Positions 29,966 through 39,811 of a stretch of 45,371 nt of DNA are shown here, piece by piece; the first letter of the stretch is position 1; the number at the start of each line of letters is the position of its first letter. Location: contig JBDRKI010000126.1 in NCBI GenBank assembly GCA_043814095.1, positions 1-45,371 on the forward strand. Reading direction: 5' to 3'. A program made the translations under genes and the position numbers. The notes below the pieces were generated by a model. It did not search any database, was not told where the DNA came from, and saw only the letters and a program-made list of their open reading frames with translations. This stretch comes from Armatimonadota bacterium. GTDB taxonomy: Bacteria > Vulcanimicrobiota > JACPDS01 > JBDRKI01.

Positions 29966-30964
29966 TTATGCCCTTTTAGTAAATTTTTCAAAAAGATTAA
30001 AATAATATGAAAAACTCATTGGAGCAAGAATGGAAGAAATATATCTATCCGAGACCCTTTTATCTTTTTGAACCTGCTTTCTTTTTTTAAGCAGTCTTGG
30101 TATTTCTTTAATTATTTTAAAATATGCTTTAAAATAAGCTTTTTTCATTTTAAAACTCTTAATCGGATTAAGCATTACCGCAAAAAATTCCGCTAAATGC
30201 GTTAAAAATATCCAGAAAAAATTACCGCCAAAAACCGATAAGGGCATATTCTTTATTAATGTTCTCAGCCGATTAAGAAGCGTATTTTCAAACCTTAATT
30301 CTTTGAATTTTTCCGCAGTGCCCATGTGTACATGATAAACCACCGCTTTGGGATTGTAAAGACATTTATAACCCCTAAGTTGAGCCCGAAAACTAAGATC
30401 GGCATCTTCTACGGCTTCAAAATAATCTTCATCAAAAAGCCCGATATCTTCAAACATGGCCCGCCGGTAAAGCGCCGCACCCGCACATGCTCCAAAAACA
30501 AAGCGTTTTTCATTATACTGTCCGACATCTTTCTCGCCTATTCCTATATTATCCGGCACGCCGTCAGCCCTGTACATATCACCTGCGGCATTTATTATAT
30601 CTTTTTTATAATAAAACAGCATCTTAGACGCGCATATCCCGATCTTGGAATCCTCCCTAATGCCACTGTAAAGTTCCTCAAGCCATTTTGACTCTACCTC
30701 TGTATCATTATTTAAAAGAGCTATAAACTCTCCTGCGGAACTTTTAATGCCCTTGTTTACACCTCTGGCAAATCCAACATTCTCTTTAAGAGTTATTATC
30801 TTAATTTCCGGATAGTTTTTACGTACAAAATCTACCGACCCGTCGTAGGAACCATTATCAATCATATAAACTTCAAAATCCCTAAAGCTTTGATTTCTAA
30901 GAGAATCAAAGCAGCGGGCTAAATATTCTTTTCCATTCCAATTTAATACTATAACGGATATCAA
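29966..30964 (-). CDS. Glycosyltransferase family 2 (WbbL/rhamnosyltransferase-like)
   Basis: SVIVLNWNG, DNGSYDGS, N.GFARG.N, LLNNDT, GLFDEDYF, EDADLSFR. TTG start. Confidence 0.92.
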   Translation of the reverse strand: MISVIVLNWNGKEYLARCFDSLRNQSFRDFEVYMIDNGSYDGSVDFVRKNYPEIKIITLKENVGFARGVNKGIKSSAGEFIALLNNDTEVESKWLEELYSGIREDSKIGICASKMLFYYKKDIINAAGDMYRADGVPDNIGIGEKDVGQYNEKRFVFGACAGAALYRRAMFEDIGLFDEDYFEAVEDADLSFRAQLRGYKCLYNPKAVVYHVHMGTAEKFKELRFENTLLNRLRTLIKNMPLSVFGGNFFWIFLTHLAEFFAVMLNPIKSFKMKKAYFKAYFKIIKEIPRLLKKRKQVQKDKRVSDRYISSILAPMSFSYYFNLFEKFTKRA

Positions 30965-30970
30965 AATAAA

Positions 30971-32311
30971 TCACCTTAATCCGAATATTTTCAACATTTT
31001 CTTAACCGCAGGAACTATAATCCGTCCTATTGCAGACGCCCTAAACCTCATCCATGGGGTAAATCTTCTTGATTCAAGAACGGCATTATTTAGAAAATTA
31101 TAGTCCACTCCTTTTATTTTAGGTTCCGTAGGATTTCTTCTGAAGCCGTCATGCGATGTTATCAATGATAAATTATTCTTAATACAGTATTCATAAAGAT
31201 CACTGCCCGGATGAGGGGTATAAAAAGCAGGGCTGCAAAAATCAGGTTTTATTTTTCGGATCATTTCCGCCGTTTCCATAACTTCATCTTTCGTTTCGGT
31301 GGGTATTCCCATCATATAATTAGCCCATATTTTAATTCCGTGTCTCCTGCAAATTTCAGCCGCTTTGTAATTATGTTCAACTTTTGTTCCCTTTCTCAGG
31401 AAGTTCAAAACCCTCTGGCTGCCGCTTTCGAATCCTATTATTAGTATTTTAAGCCCGGAATCTTTCATTTTTCTTATTAATTCTTCATTTCTGCAAATAA
31501 GATCCGCTCTGCTCTGACAAATAAAAGGCTGGTTAAAGCCATGGGTTTTGTATTTTTCGCAAAACTCCTCAACCCAGTTAACATCTTCAAGCAAACAATC
31601 ATCATGAAGCATAAGGCTTTTAAATCCATATTTTTCCCGTAAAAAAATCAACTCCCACATAACATTATCAACGCTTCTTATTCTCACCTCTCTGCCGAAA
31701 ATAATTCTTTCAGCAGGCTGACAGAAATTACAGTTATATATACATCCCCTTCCCGCAATTACGGTAACAAACGGTGAGTGGAATTTTTTATATATGGGCT
31801 TTTCAAACGCTCCAAAAAGCTCTCTATCGGCAAAAGGAATGTCATCTAAATCGGGCTTTATCCCCTTGATTATCCTTTTTGGCTTTTTCTTTTCTGTAAT
31901 ATCCCTCAAAAAACACGGAAAACTTATTTCTCCTTCGCCTAAAAATATATGGTCAATATTACGATTAGGCTCTAACTCCTCAGGCATAATACTGGGATGA
32001 GGACCGCCCACCGCGGTTATTATATTGCCGTTTATATTTTTTGCCAAATCAATACTTTTTAAAGCCGGATTATAATCAACACTCATCATGCTTACTGCCA
32101 AAACTTCAGGAGCTTCTCTTTTTACTATATTTTCAAAATGATTCCAACCCCTTAACTTTCTTAAATCTATTAAACCCGCTTCATGACCTTCCTTTTTAAC
32201 ACAGGAGCTTAAAATAGTAAGACCGTGGCTAATCCATGAAGATTCATGGCTTTTTCCGTAACTGTTAAAACCAACGCCGCTTATGCCGGGATACACGAAA
32301 GAAATTTTCAT
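30971..32311 (-). CDS. Cobalamin(B12)-binding radical SAM protein
   Basis: N-terminal B12-binding Rossmann domain (GGPHPS, GEGE), RGCIYNCNFC, DDC, GFESGS, MMGIPTET, PHPGSDLY. Confidence 0.92.
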   Translation of the reverse strand: MKISFVYPGISGVGFNSYGKSHESSWISHGLTILSSCVKKEGHEAGLIDLRKLRGWNHFENIVKREAPEVLAVSMMSVDYNPALKSIDLAKNINGNIITAVGGPHPSIMPEELEPNRNIDHIFLGEGEISFPCFLRDITEKKKPKRIIKGIKPDLDDIPFADRELFGAFEKPIYKKFHSPFVTVIAGRGCIYNCNFCQPAERIIFGREVRIRSVDNVMWELIFLREKYGFKSLMLHDDCLLEDVNWVEEFCEKYKTHGFNQPFICQSRADLICRNEELIRKMKDSGLKILIIGFESGSQRVLNFLRKGTKVEHNYKAAEICRRHGIKIWANYMMGIPTETKDEVMETAEMIRKIKPDFCSPAFYTPHPGSDLYEYCIKNNLSLITSHDGFRRNPTEPKIKGVDYNFLNNAVLESRRFTPWMRFRASAIGRIIVPAVKKMLKIFGLR

Positions 32312-32317
32312 ATATAT

Positions 32318-33871
32318 TTAACGCCTCTCAGTAAACTTTCCGATAAAAGGAAGATTTCTTAAAACAACAGCCAGTTCCTCCACTTTAAGCAATATGCAAA
32401 GCAGTATATAGACAATCAGCCCCGCGGCCAACGGCATAATAAAATTCAAAAACCGGATTATAAATCCAGAGCCACAAAGCTGAAACATATTAATAAAATA
32501 GAACAAAACCCCGGACATAATCAACGAAGCAGTAAAAATCTTAAAAAATGAAAACATTATTTCTTTTTCTTTAAGATATCCTAATTTTCTCTTAAGCGCC
32601 ATCAACAAAAATATGGTAACAATAGTTTCTACAATTGATGTGGAAAGGGCAATGCCTGCATAGAAAAAAAATCTCATAAGAATAAGATTTAAAAGTATAT
32701 TTGAAAGTATAGAAAAAATTCCCACAAAAAATATCAGCGTATTTTCTTTCAGTGCGTAAAAAACGCGGGCTATTATATAATTAATGCCCATCCAGAATAT
32801 GCCCAGAGAATAGAGCATAAGGGCGATAGATGTAGTATGGACAGAGCGGGAATCAAAAGCGCCGTATTCATAAACCAGGCGGACAAGCGGTTTTGCTAAA
32901 ATAATAATTAAAAAAGTCGCTGGAACCAATAAAAAAACAAGTACTTTAATCACGCGGGCATTAAGATCTATCGTTTTATCATTGGCTTTTCCCGCGCTGT
33001 ATTCGGAAAAAAACGGAAACACAACTGCCGCTATAGGAATTATTATAAAAACAACCATTAATTCTCTTATATTTTTAGCATAAAAAAGAGTGGATATAGA
33101 CCCTTCCGGAAGAAAAGAAGCCATTATTTTATCCACATTAACATTTATCTGGCTGGCCGCGGCCGCCAGCAATATAGGCAAAGACAGTTTTGCGGTATGA
33201 ATTATATTTTTATCAATTTTAATATTAAGCGACCATTTAAATCTTAAGCCTTTTCTACATGATATTATAAATAAAAGAATCAAACTCAGTAAATTCGCAA
33301 GTGCTACCGCTATCGCAAGACTATATATGCCCGTTTTTGCCTTAAAAAATAAAACTGCCATTATAAACAAAAGATTCATCGGAATTTCCACAACAGCTGG
33401 GGCTATAAACTTCTTTGTGGCATTCAGAAAATTATTTAACATCCCGGCAATTACTCTCGGAATTAAAAGGATAAAGGCAATTACCATTAATTTAAAAAAT
33501 AAATTATGAAATATCCCGGCATAACCCGGAAGAATTCTGGCAAATAAAGGGGAAACAAAAATACCGGCAGCCGCAAGAATTATACTTATGACAATTACAA
33601 TGAAAAATAAATTATTAAAATAATCTCGCGCGTTTTCATTTCCCTCATTCTTGGCAATATCCCAATATACAGGTATAAATACAACATTTAAGGCTACTAT
33701 AACTATACCGATAACTATTTCAGAGAATGAAAAAGCCAGCTGATAAGTATCCATCTGGCGGGAAGTACCAAAACTAGCGGCAATCACAACTGCGCTTAAA
33801 ATTTGGAGAATCCTAGAAAAAGAAGTCACAAAAAACAATCTGCCCGTAACCTTAGCTATGTTTATAGCCAC
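32318..33871 (-). CDS. MurJ/MviN-like MOP-family lipid-linked glycan flippase
   Basis: About 14 TM helices; SRIL, A..FG....D, FIPVY, QIN..VDK.MAS.L..GS, G.FD...T..AL, FYA, GIALSTS. GTG start with GGAGG RBS. Confidence 0.88.
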   Translation of the reverse strand: MAINIAKVTGRLFFVTSFSRILQILSAVVIAASFGTSRQMDTYQLAFSFSEIVIGIVIVALNVVFIPVYWDIAKNEGNENARDYFNNLFFIVIVISIILAAAGIFVSPLFARILPGYAGIFHNLFFKLMVIAFILLIPRVIAGMLNNFLNATKKFIAPAVVEIPMNLLFIMAVLFFKAKTGIYSLAIAVALANLLSLILLFIISCRKGLRFKWSLNIKIDKNIIHTAKLSLPILLAAAASQINVNVDKIMASFLPEGSISTLFYAKNIRELMVVFIIIPIAAVVFPFFSEYSAGKANDKTIDLNARVIKVLVFLLVPATFLIIILAKPLVRLVYEYGAFDSRSVHTTSIALMLYSLGIFWMGINYIIARVFYALKENTLIFFVGIFSILSNILLNLILMRFFFYAGIALSTSIVETIVTIFLLMALKRKLGYLKEKEIMFSFFKIFTASLIMSGVLFYFINMFQLCGSGFIIRFLNFIMPLAAGLIVYILLCILLKVEELAVVLRNLPFIGKFTERR

Positions 33872-33881
33872 GTTCTCCCTC

Positions 33882-34745
33882 CTAATACAGGATTTTCTTC
33901 AAATTTTCTTTTTTAACGCATTTTCTTTTTTTCAAAACAACAGGCATTCCGAAAAACGCATAAAAAACAGATTTTAAATACTCCGGCTCCCTCTCTTTAA
34001 TTGCCTTTATTAAATTATGTTTAATAAGGGAAAACGTATATCTACACGACAAAAAAAACGGTAGATATTTCCAGTAATACCATAGGCGATTTCTGTTAGA
34101 ATAAAAAATCAACCTTTTACTGCTTCTGCCTGTTTCTGAAACCATGTGATATCCAGTAATATCGGTGAAGTATTTTACATCGTATCCCGCGTCAATTATT
34201 CTAGTACATAAATCTCTTTCATTTTCGTATATGAAAAATTCTTCAGGGTAGCACCCGACTTCGTCCAGAACTTTTTTCCTGACAGCCGCGGCACAACCGT
34301 TGAAAAGAGGAGTGGGAAGACCTTCCTCCGGAGCATTATCATGTTTTATATTGGGATGCCAGTGATGAACTGTATTAGAATGAAAATTTATAACTTTGCA
34401 ACCAAGAGCTCCGAGTTTCGGATACTTATCAAACTTACGGACTATTTTGTCAAGACCGTCTTTTTCCAGAAAAGAGTCATCGTCAAGAATAACTATTATC
34501 TCTCCGACAGACTCGCCTATAGCCATATTGTAGCCCTTTATGCCCAGATTTCCTCCAGACTCTATCAATTTAACACTTGGAAATTCTTTTTTAATCATTT
34601 CTACCGAACCGTCAGACGAAGAATTGTCACAGACAATAATTTCAAACGCCGAAAAATTTTGCTTGAGCATTTTCCCCAAACTTATCTTTAATATTTCTCT
34701 CCTGTTATAATTAAGTATTACAACACTTACTTTAATATTGTCCAT
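33882..34745 (-). CDS. Glycosyltransferase family 2
   Basis: SVVILNYNR, DNSSSDGS, LDDDS (DxD), F.GCAAA.R, FFIYENE.DL. Confidence 0.92.
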   Translation of the reverse strand: MDNIKVSVVILNYNRREILKISLGKMLKQNFSAFEIIVCDNSSSDGSVEMIKKEFPSVKLIESGGNLGIKGYNMAIGESVGEIIVILDDDSFLEKDGLDKIVRKFDKYPKLGALGCKVINFHSNTVHHWHPNIKHDNAPEEGLPTPLFNGCAAAVRKKVLDEVGCYPEEFFIYENERDLCTRIIDAGYDVKYFTDITGYHMVSETGRSSKRLIFYSNRNRLWYYWKYLPFFLSCRYTFSLIKHNLIKAIKEREPEYLKSVFYAFFGMPVVLKKRKCVKKENLKKILY

Positions 34746-35572
34746 TATTCTTCCCCTGCTTTTCCGGCATAAATCACCATAACATCCCCTTTTATAAAAA
34801 ATGGAAGCTTTTTAAAGCGAAATATCGAAAAGGGAGCAAACACTCTGCCCCAGAGCATCGCCGGTGTCGTCCATAAATAAGTATGCTGGTCTATCACAAA
34901 AAAACCTGATTGTTTTAAAAGCTGTTTTAAAGTTTCAAACGTAAAGTAATATAAATGTTCCGCCGGTGATAAAAGTTCCCAATTTTTAGAAGCAATTTTG
35001 GCCATAAAGCTTCCTACATTGGGAATCTCTATGGCCAAGATACCGTTCTTCTTCAAATAAAAAGAAACTTTCTTCAATAAATACCCGGGGTCAGGCGAAT
35101 GCTCTAAAACATGCCATAAAGTAATTATGTCAAAAGAACCACGGGACGCTTTAAAATCTGATATATCGCCTCTAAACACCTTTAAATTCAGCCTATATTT
35201 CGCATATTCACAGGCAAATGGAGAAATCTCTATGCCATAAGTCTCATAACCGCTTTTTCCTGCAATATCAAGAAAAAAACCCAAGCCACAGCCCACATCC
35301 AAAATCCGACCATCCGGCTTAAGTTTTTTTAATTCTGAAATTCTGTTCTTAAAGCGTTTTTCCTCATGCACCTGCTTGCTTTGAAAATAAGACTCGAAAT
35401 AATCCGGTGAAGAATATATATTCTCTTCTATATTCTGGTCTTTTCTGGGATTTGTAAAAATAAGTCCACACTCAGAACACTTTCTTACTGACATGCCGTC
35501 TTTTTCCGCAAAAAAAACCGTCTTACTGTTGCCGCATATAATACAATTAACATTTCTTAATATGCTCTTCAT
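34745..35572 (-). CDS. Class I SAM-dependent methyltransferase with N-terminal zinc ribbon
   Basis: CIICG...CSECG zinc ribbon, LDVGCGLG motif I, FDIIT.WHVLEH, EIPN, EHLYYFT. Confidence 0.9.
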   Translation of the reverse strand: MKSILRNVNCIICGNSKTVFFAEKDGMSVRKCSECGLIFTNPRKDQNIEENIYSSPDYFESYFQSKQVHEEKRFKNRISELKKLKPDGRILDVGCGLGFFLDIAGKSGYETYGIEISPFACEYAKYRLNLKVFRGDISDFKASRGSFDIITLWHVLEHSPDPGYLLKKVSFYLKKNGILAIEIPNVGSFMAKIASKNWELLSPAEHLYYFTFETLKQLLKQSGFFVIDQHTYLWTTPAMLWGRVFAPFSIFRFKKLPFFIKGDVMVIYAGKAGEE

Positions 35573-37137
35573 TTGCCTAGACCTCTTAGCACACAGTTTT
35601 TAAATCTCAAATTCAAACTCTCTTTTACTGCCTGCTTAAAAGTATGTTTATTAAGCTTTTTAAAAACAGACATTATAAATTCAACTAAAAATAAAGGTTT
35701 TTTCAGGATAAACTTTATATACGCTTTTTTCCATGCTTTTTTAATTTTTCTTTTAAATATTTCTTTTAATGACAGAATATCCTCCGGTGAAAAGTCTTCC
35801 GTTTTTATAACTCCTTTGGATTGAGTTATTGTCGCAAAATCAACCAGGGAAAGCTGTCTGGTTAAATATCCTTTATTTAAACATGTTTTATAAAGATCTG
35901 TACCGGGCAGCGGAGTTGCGGTAAAAACGTCATACGGAAAAACGTTAAACTCTTCCTGGAGCTGGATGGCAAAATCAATTGTTTTTTTCATTTGTTCAAT
36001 ATTTTCTCCGGGAAATCCTATTATATAAAATGCTTCCAGATCAATACCCGTATCCTGGCAGTTCTTTATAAATTCAATTATTTTATCAAAATTTAATTTC
36101 TTTCTTATTATTTTATTACACACATATTCATCGGCTGATTCTATGCCTATTCTTAAATACGAGCATCCTGTTTGTTTGCATTTTTCTAATATCCTTTTAT
36201 TTAACGAATCCGCTCTTATGCCGTTTGGAGTATCCCAAGTGAATTTTACATTGTTTTCAATCAATTTATCAAGAATAGATTCAAAACGCTCCGTATCCAA
36301 AGTCAGGTTGTCATCTTCAAAATGAATATGTTTTACTCCGTATTTTTCAACAACATATTTAATGTGTTTTGCCACATAATCGGAAGAATGAACTCTGTGT
36401 TTTCTGCCCATAGAAAGATGAATTGAACAAAATACACAATCAAAAGGACAGCCTCGGCTTGTAATCATTGAAACAGCCCTCTCAGAACCGGGATATTTAT
36501 ATGCGACTCTGCCGGACAATCCTTTTTCATAACATTTAAAGTATTCTTCTAAATCTACAAGTTCATATGCCGGAAAAGTAAGCTCATCCAGATTTTCTAT
36601 AAAAACAGAGGGGGCATTCTGTATAATTTTTCCGTTTTCCTTATACATAATGCCGGGAACTCCGTCAAAAGACAGGCCGTGCATTATTCTATCCAGCGCC
36701 ACTGCAAAAACCTGCTCCCCTTCGCCGCGCACTACTATATCCGCTAAATTATTTCCATCAAGAAATGTCTCCGGCATTATACTTGCATGAGGACCTCCTA
36801 TAATTACCGGTATTTTATCATTTATGTTTCTAACTATTCCGGCTGTTTTGATAACGCCCGATACCTGTGAAGTAAACTGGCTTGTTATTCCAACTGCATC
36901 CGGATTAAATTTTTGTACGACTTCCTTAATTTCATCCCAACCGGCGCCAAAATGAATTTCATTGCTGTTTTCAGATTTACATATAACTCCACTGGAAAGC
37001 GCGTCAAAAATCTTTATTTCCAATCACTCTTTTTTCAATGCAGAAGCAATATACAAAAGCCCCAGGGGCAAATCAAGAACAGGGGGAGCTGTATCTTTAA
37101 AATGAATCGTAGGAGGCCGTATAAGAAGAATCCTCAC
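35569..37137 (-). CDS. Cobalamin(B12)-binding radical SAM protein interrupted by an in-frame TGA at codon 38 (possible pseudogene)
   Basis: GTG at 37137 after a GGGAGG RBS gives MRILLIRPP...LPLGLLYIASALKKE*LEIKIFDA. The TGA at 37026-37024 is in frame with the 484-aa track ORF (GGPHAS, GEGE, RGCPFDCVFC, EDDN, GIES, IIGFPGE, PLPGT). Confidence 0.88.
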
Positions 37138-38254
37138 AAAAACCTCCCATCTTTTTCAACTTATATAAGCCTAATAAATTAAAAGAAATCCTCCTTAATA
37201 AAATATCAAGCGGATTATACTGAACAACTGTCTGAGTTACTTCGCATCCGTTCCAACAGCGTACCTGAGAACATTTTTTAGCCATATTCCTTACGGCATT
37301 CGCTCTTTTTGAACTCCATATTTCATCAATACCGTCCTTTTTTATATTGCCCATAAGGTATCTATTATCGCCTCCGAAATAATTACACGGATAAATATCT
37401 CCAAAAGCATCTATAAACATACTGGCAAAACCGGCAAAACAGTGCAGGGGACGTTTAAATCCATTATCTATGTAATAATTCATGCCCTGTGGCTTAGGAG
37501 ATATTTTCTTAATATTATCTATACTTTTCTCGTCTAGACTCATAATATCATCATTAAACCCTTTAACCTGCGTATACAGATTGTCGTGCGCCAGATCAAA
37601 TACACCCTTTATATTATGTTTGTTCCAGAATTTTTTCAGATCTTTCAGCTCATTTATATTGTCTTTTTGAATAACCGCATTGGATCTTAATTCTAAATTG
37701 GAGAATTTTTCTCTTAAATCGCACAGGCCTTTAACTGTTTGAACAGTTTTTTCAAAACTTCCGGGAACTGCCCGGATTTTTTCATGCACCACGCCCAGCC
37801 CGTCCATTGAAACACTTACTGAAAATATTTTACCGGGGGGTATATTTTTTAAAATATACTCTGTATCCTTCAAAATCTTAGACGGCATAAAACCATTCGT
37901 ATTTATGGTTATTAAATTTATGTTTTTCAACTCAAACAGTTCTGTTATTATATCGCACAAATCATCCCGCAAAAACGGTTCCCCCCCTGTTATATCAAAA
38001 CTGTTAACTTGCTTTAACAAAGAAGAGCTCTTTATACGTTCAATCAAAACACTTCCTTTAATCTCATTTTCCCGCAAACTAAAATTTTCATCATACATTT
38101 TCCAGATATTGCACATTTTACACCGAGAATTACATCTATAGGTCACTCCGAGAATTACATATCCTATGGGAATAGGTGTTACGATTCCAGTAAGATAAGA
38201 TATCCAGTTTTGAAAAACTTTTTTTAAAAATAAGAATTTTTTATTTTTTTCCAA
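37097..38254 (-). CDS. Radical SAM protein with SPASM/Twitch domain
   Basis: CNSRCKMC.IW, TGGEPFLR, TNG, SMDG..HE.IR; C-terminal CFAG...G.IYPC...GN...IW...CSQVRCWNGC. Confidence 0.9.
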   Translation of the reverse strand: MEKNKKFLFLKKVFQNWISYLTGIVTPIPIGYVILGVTYRCNSRCKMCNIWKMYDENFSLRENEIKGSVLIERIKSSSLLKQVNSFDITGGEPFLRDDLCDIITELFELKNINLITINTNGFMPSKILKDTEYILKNIPPGKIFSVSVSMDGLGVVHEKIRAVPGSFEKTVQTVKGLCDLREKFSNLELRSNAVIQKDNINELKDLKKFWNKHNIKGVFDLAHDNLYTQVKGFNDDIMSLDEKSIDNIKKISPKPQGMNYYIDNGFKRPLHCFAGFASMFIDAFGDIYPCNYFGGDNRYLMGNIKKDGIDEIWSSKRANAVRNMAKKCSQVRCWNGCEVTQTVVQYNPLDILLRRISFNLLGLYKLKKMGGFCEDSSYTASYDSF

Positions 38255-39680
38255 ATTTATTTCTCCAAAAAACCTTTAGTGCAGATATAAATCTTGCAAA
38301 CAAGCTAAAAGGCGGGGTATATATAAAAAACTCCGAAAGCACGGTCCGGCATCTGCCCGTTTTTAAAAGACCCGACCATCTTTCCAGAACAGTCTCTCTA
38401 AAATATTTAACTTCAAACCAAGAGGGCGAAAATTTTAACATTTTTTTTAAATACGACTTAAAAACAGGATAATCTATTCCCTTTATTTTCTCACACGTTG
38501 GATTTCTGACAAATTCTTTATAATTTTTAACTTTTATAAGATTGTTTTCTTTGCAGTAAGTATAAAGATCCGATCCGGGTATTGGAGAAAAATAAGTAGG
38601 AGAATGTAATTCCGGATGTATCTTTTCTATAAGATCATGGGTCAGATTAAGGTCTTCTTCTGTTTCAGTGGGTATCCCGAGCATATAATTAGCAAATATC
38701 AATATATTATTTTTCTTGCATATACGGGCGGCACTTACGGCTTGCTCTGGCTTTGTTCCTTTTCTTAAAAAATTTAAAATTCTGGGAGAACCGCTTTCAA
38801 AGCCAAAAAATATAACCCTGCATCCAGCCTTTCTCATTGCCGCCGCAAGTTCATCATCTAATGTATCCACCCTGCTTTGAGCGCCCCATTTTATTTTAAA
38901 TCTTTCCATTTCTGAGCAAAGCCGCATTGCCCAATCCTTCCTGAAAGTAAAGGTATCATCTTCAAACATTATAAAATTTATCCCGTATTTCTTTATAACA
39001 TGCTCAACTTCTGCAATTACATTATCAACCGACCTGTACCTTATTTTATTGCCAAAAATTTTTCTCTCCACGGGTTGACAGAAAGAACAATTAAAAGGGC
39101 ATCCTCTGCTTGTAATAATCCCGAAATACCTGTGTGGATACGGAAAAATACCTGTAGAATTTAATATTTTTTTAACATTATAAAGATCCCTGTCGGGATA
39201 CGGAAGTTCATCCAGATTATCAATTTTTTCGCCGACTATTTTCTTTTCCGGATTTTTCCCTACTTCAAAATTGTCCAAAATTCCAAGCAGGGCTTTTTCT
39301 CCTTCTCCTATTACAACATGGTCTATATTGCCGGATTGAAGAAGTTCATCGGGAAAAATCGTTGCATGGGGTCCTCCAGCAACAACAACTTTTCCTTGTT
39401 CTTTGGCAATAGCGGCGCAATTAAGCACATCATCATAATTAACCGTGCTTGAATAAATTCCCACTATATCGCTTTTCCTTTTATTCAGCTCAGACCTGAA
39501 ATGCTCCCAGTTTCTCAACTCTCTTAAGTCAATAAGATCAACTTCGTGAGCGGAATTTTCTTTAATATATGCTCCTATATAAGCAAGACCATATCCTACG
39601 GCTATTGCATCATGAAAGCCCTTGCCCAAACTATTAAAATCTGTAGTTGCAATACCCGGATAAATAAGTGTAATTTTCAA
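38241..39680 (-). CDS. Cobalamin(B12)-binding radical SAM protein
   Basis: GLAYIGA, GGPHAT, GEGE, RGCPFNCSFC, EDDTF, GFESGS, MLGIPTET, PIPGSDLY. TTG start with AGGGGG RBS. Confidence 0.92.
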   Translation of the reverse strand: MKITLIYPGIATTDFNSLGKGFHDAIAVGYGLAYIGAYIKENSAHEVDLIDLRELRNWEHFRSELNKRKSDIVGIYSSTVNYDDVLNCAAIAKEQGKVVVAGGPHATIFPDELLQSGNIDHVVIGEGEKALLGILDNFEVGKNPEKKIVGEKIDNLDELPYPDRDLYNVKKILNSTGIFPYPHRYFGIITSRGCPFNCSFCQPVERKIFGNKIRYRSVDNVIAEVEHVIKKYGINFIMFEDDTFTFRKDWAMRLCSEMERFKIKWGAQSRVDTLDDELAAAMRKAGCRVIFFGFESGSPRILNFLRKGTKPEQAVSAARICKKNNILIFANYMLGIPTETEEDLNLTHDLIEKIHPELHSPTYFSPIPGSDLYTYCKENNLIKVKNYKEFVRNPTCEKIKGIDYPVFKSYLKKMLKFSPSWFEVKYFRETVLERWSGLLKTGRCRTVLSEFFIYTPPFSLFARFISALKVFWRNKFGKK

Positions 39681-39711
39681 AAATTTCCCCCTACGGCTTG
39701 TTTGATACCGA

Positions 39712-39737
39712 ATTCAACAATTATAAAGAAAATTCCT
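39712..39737 (-). promoter_or_regulatory. Putative sigma-H-like promoter (AGGA-N18-GAAT) heading the radical SAM/glycosyltransferase operon
   Basis: Minus strand AGGA ATTTTCTTTATAATTGTT GAAT, about 30 nt upstream of the TTG start. Confidence 0.55.
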
Positions 39738-39811
39738 TGTATTAAGCCACTTTATCTTTAACCTTATATTAAAAGCAGGACTTAACCTAATTTAAGATAA
39801 AGTAATATTTT

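Noticed and set aside
37024-37026. Genome-wide TGA-to-Gly recoding (genetic code 25) suggested by the in-frame TGA at a Gly position
   Set aside because: TGA acts as a normal stop elsewhere: ettA ends KKLTRD-TGA at the family's natural end, and the GT4/PglC and rSAM/MTase junctions use ATGA coupling. Other long genes have no internal TGA.
26156-38254. RiPP cluster implied by the SPASM radical SAM enzymes
   Set aside because: No precursor peptide, PqqD/RRE domain, peptidase or peptide exporter is visible. The neighbours are glycan genes.
30971-39680. Hopanoid (HpnP/HpnJ) or BchE assignment for the B12 radical SAMs
   Set aside because: No squalene-hopene cyclase or bacteriochlorophyll genes are in the window; only generic family motifs are shared.
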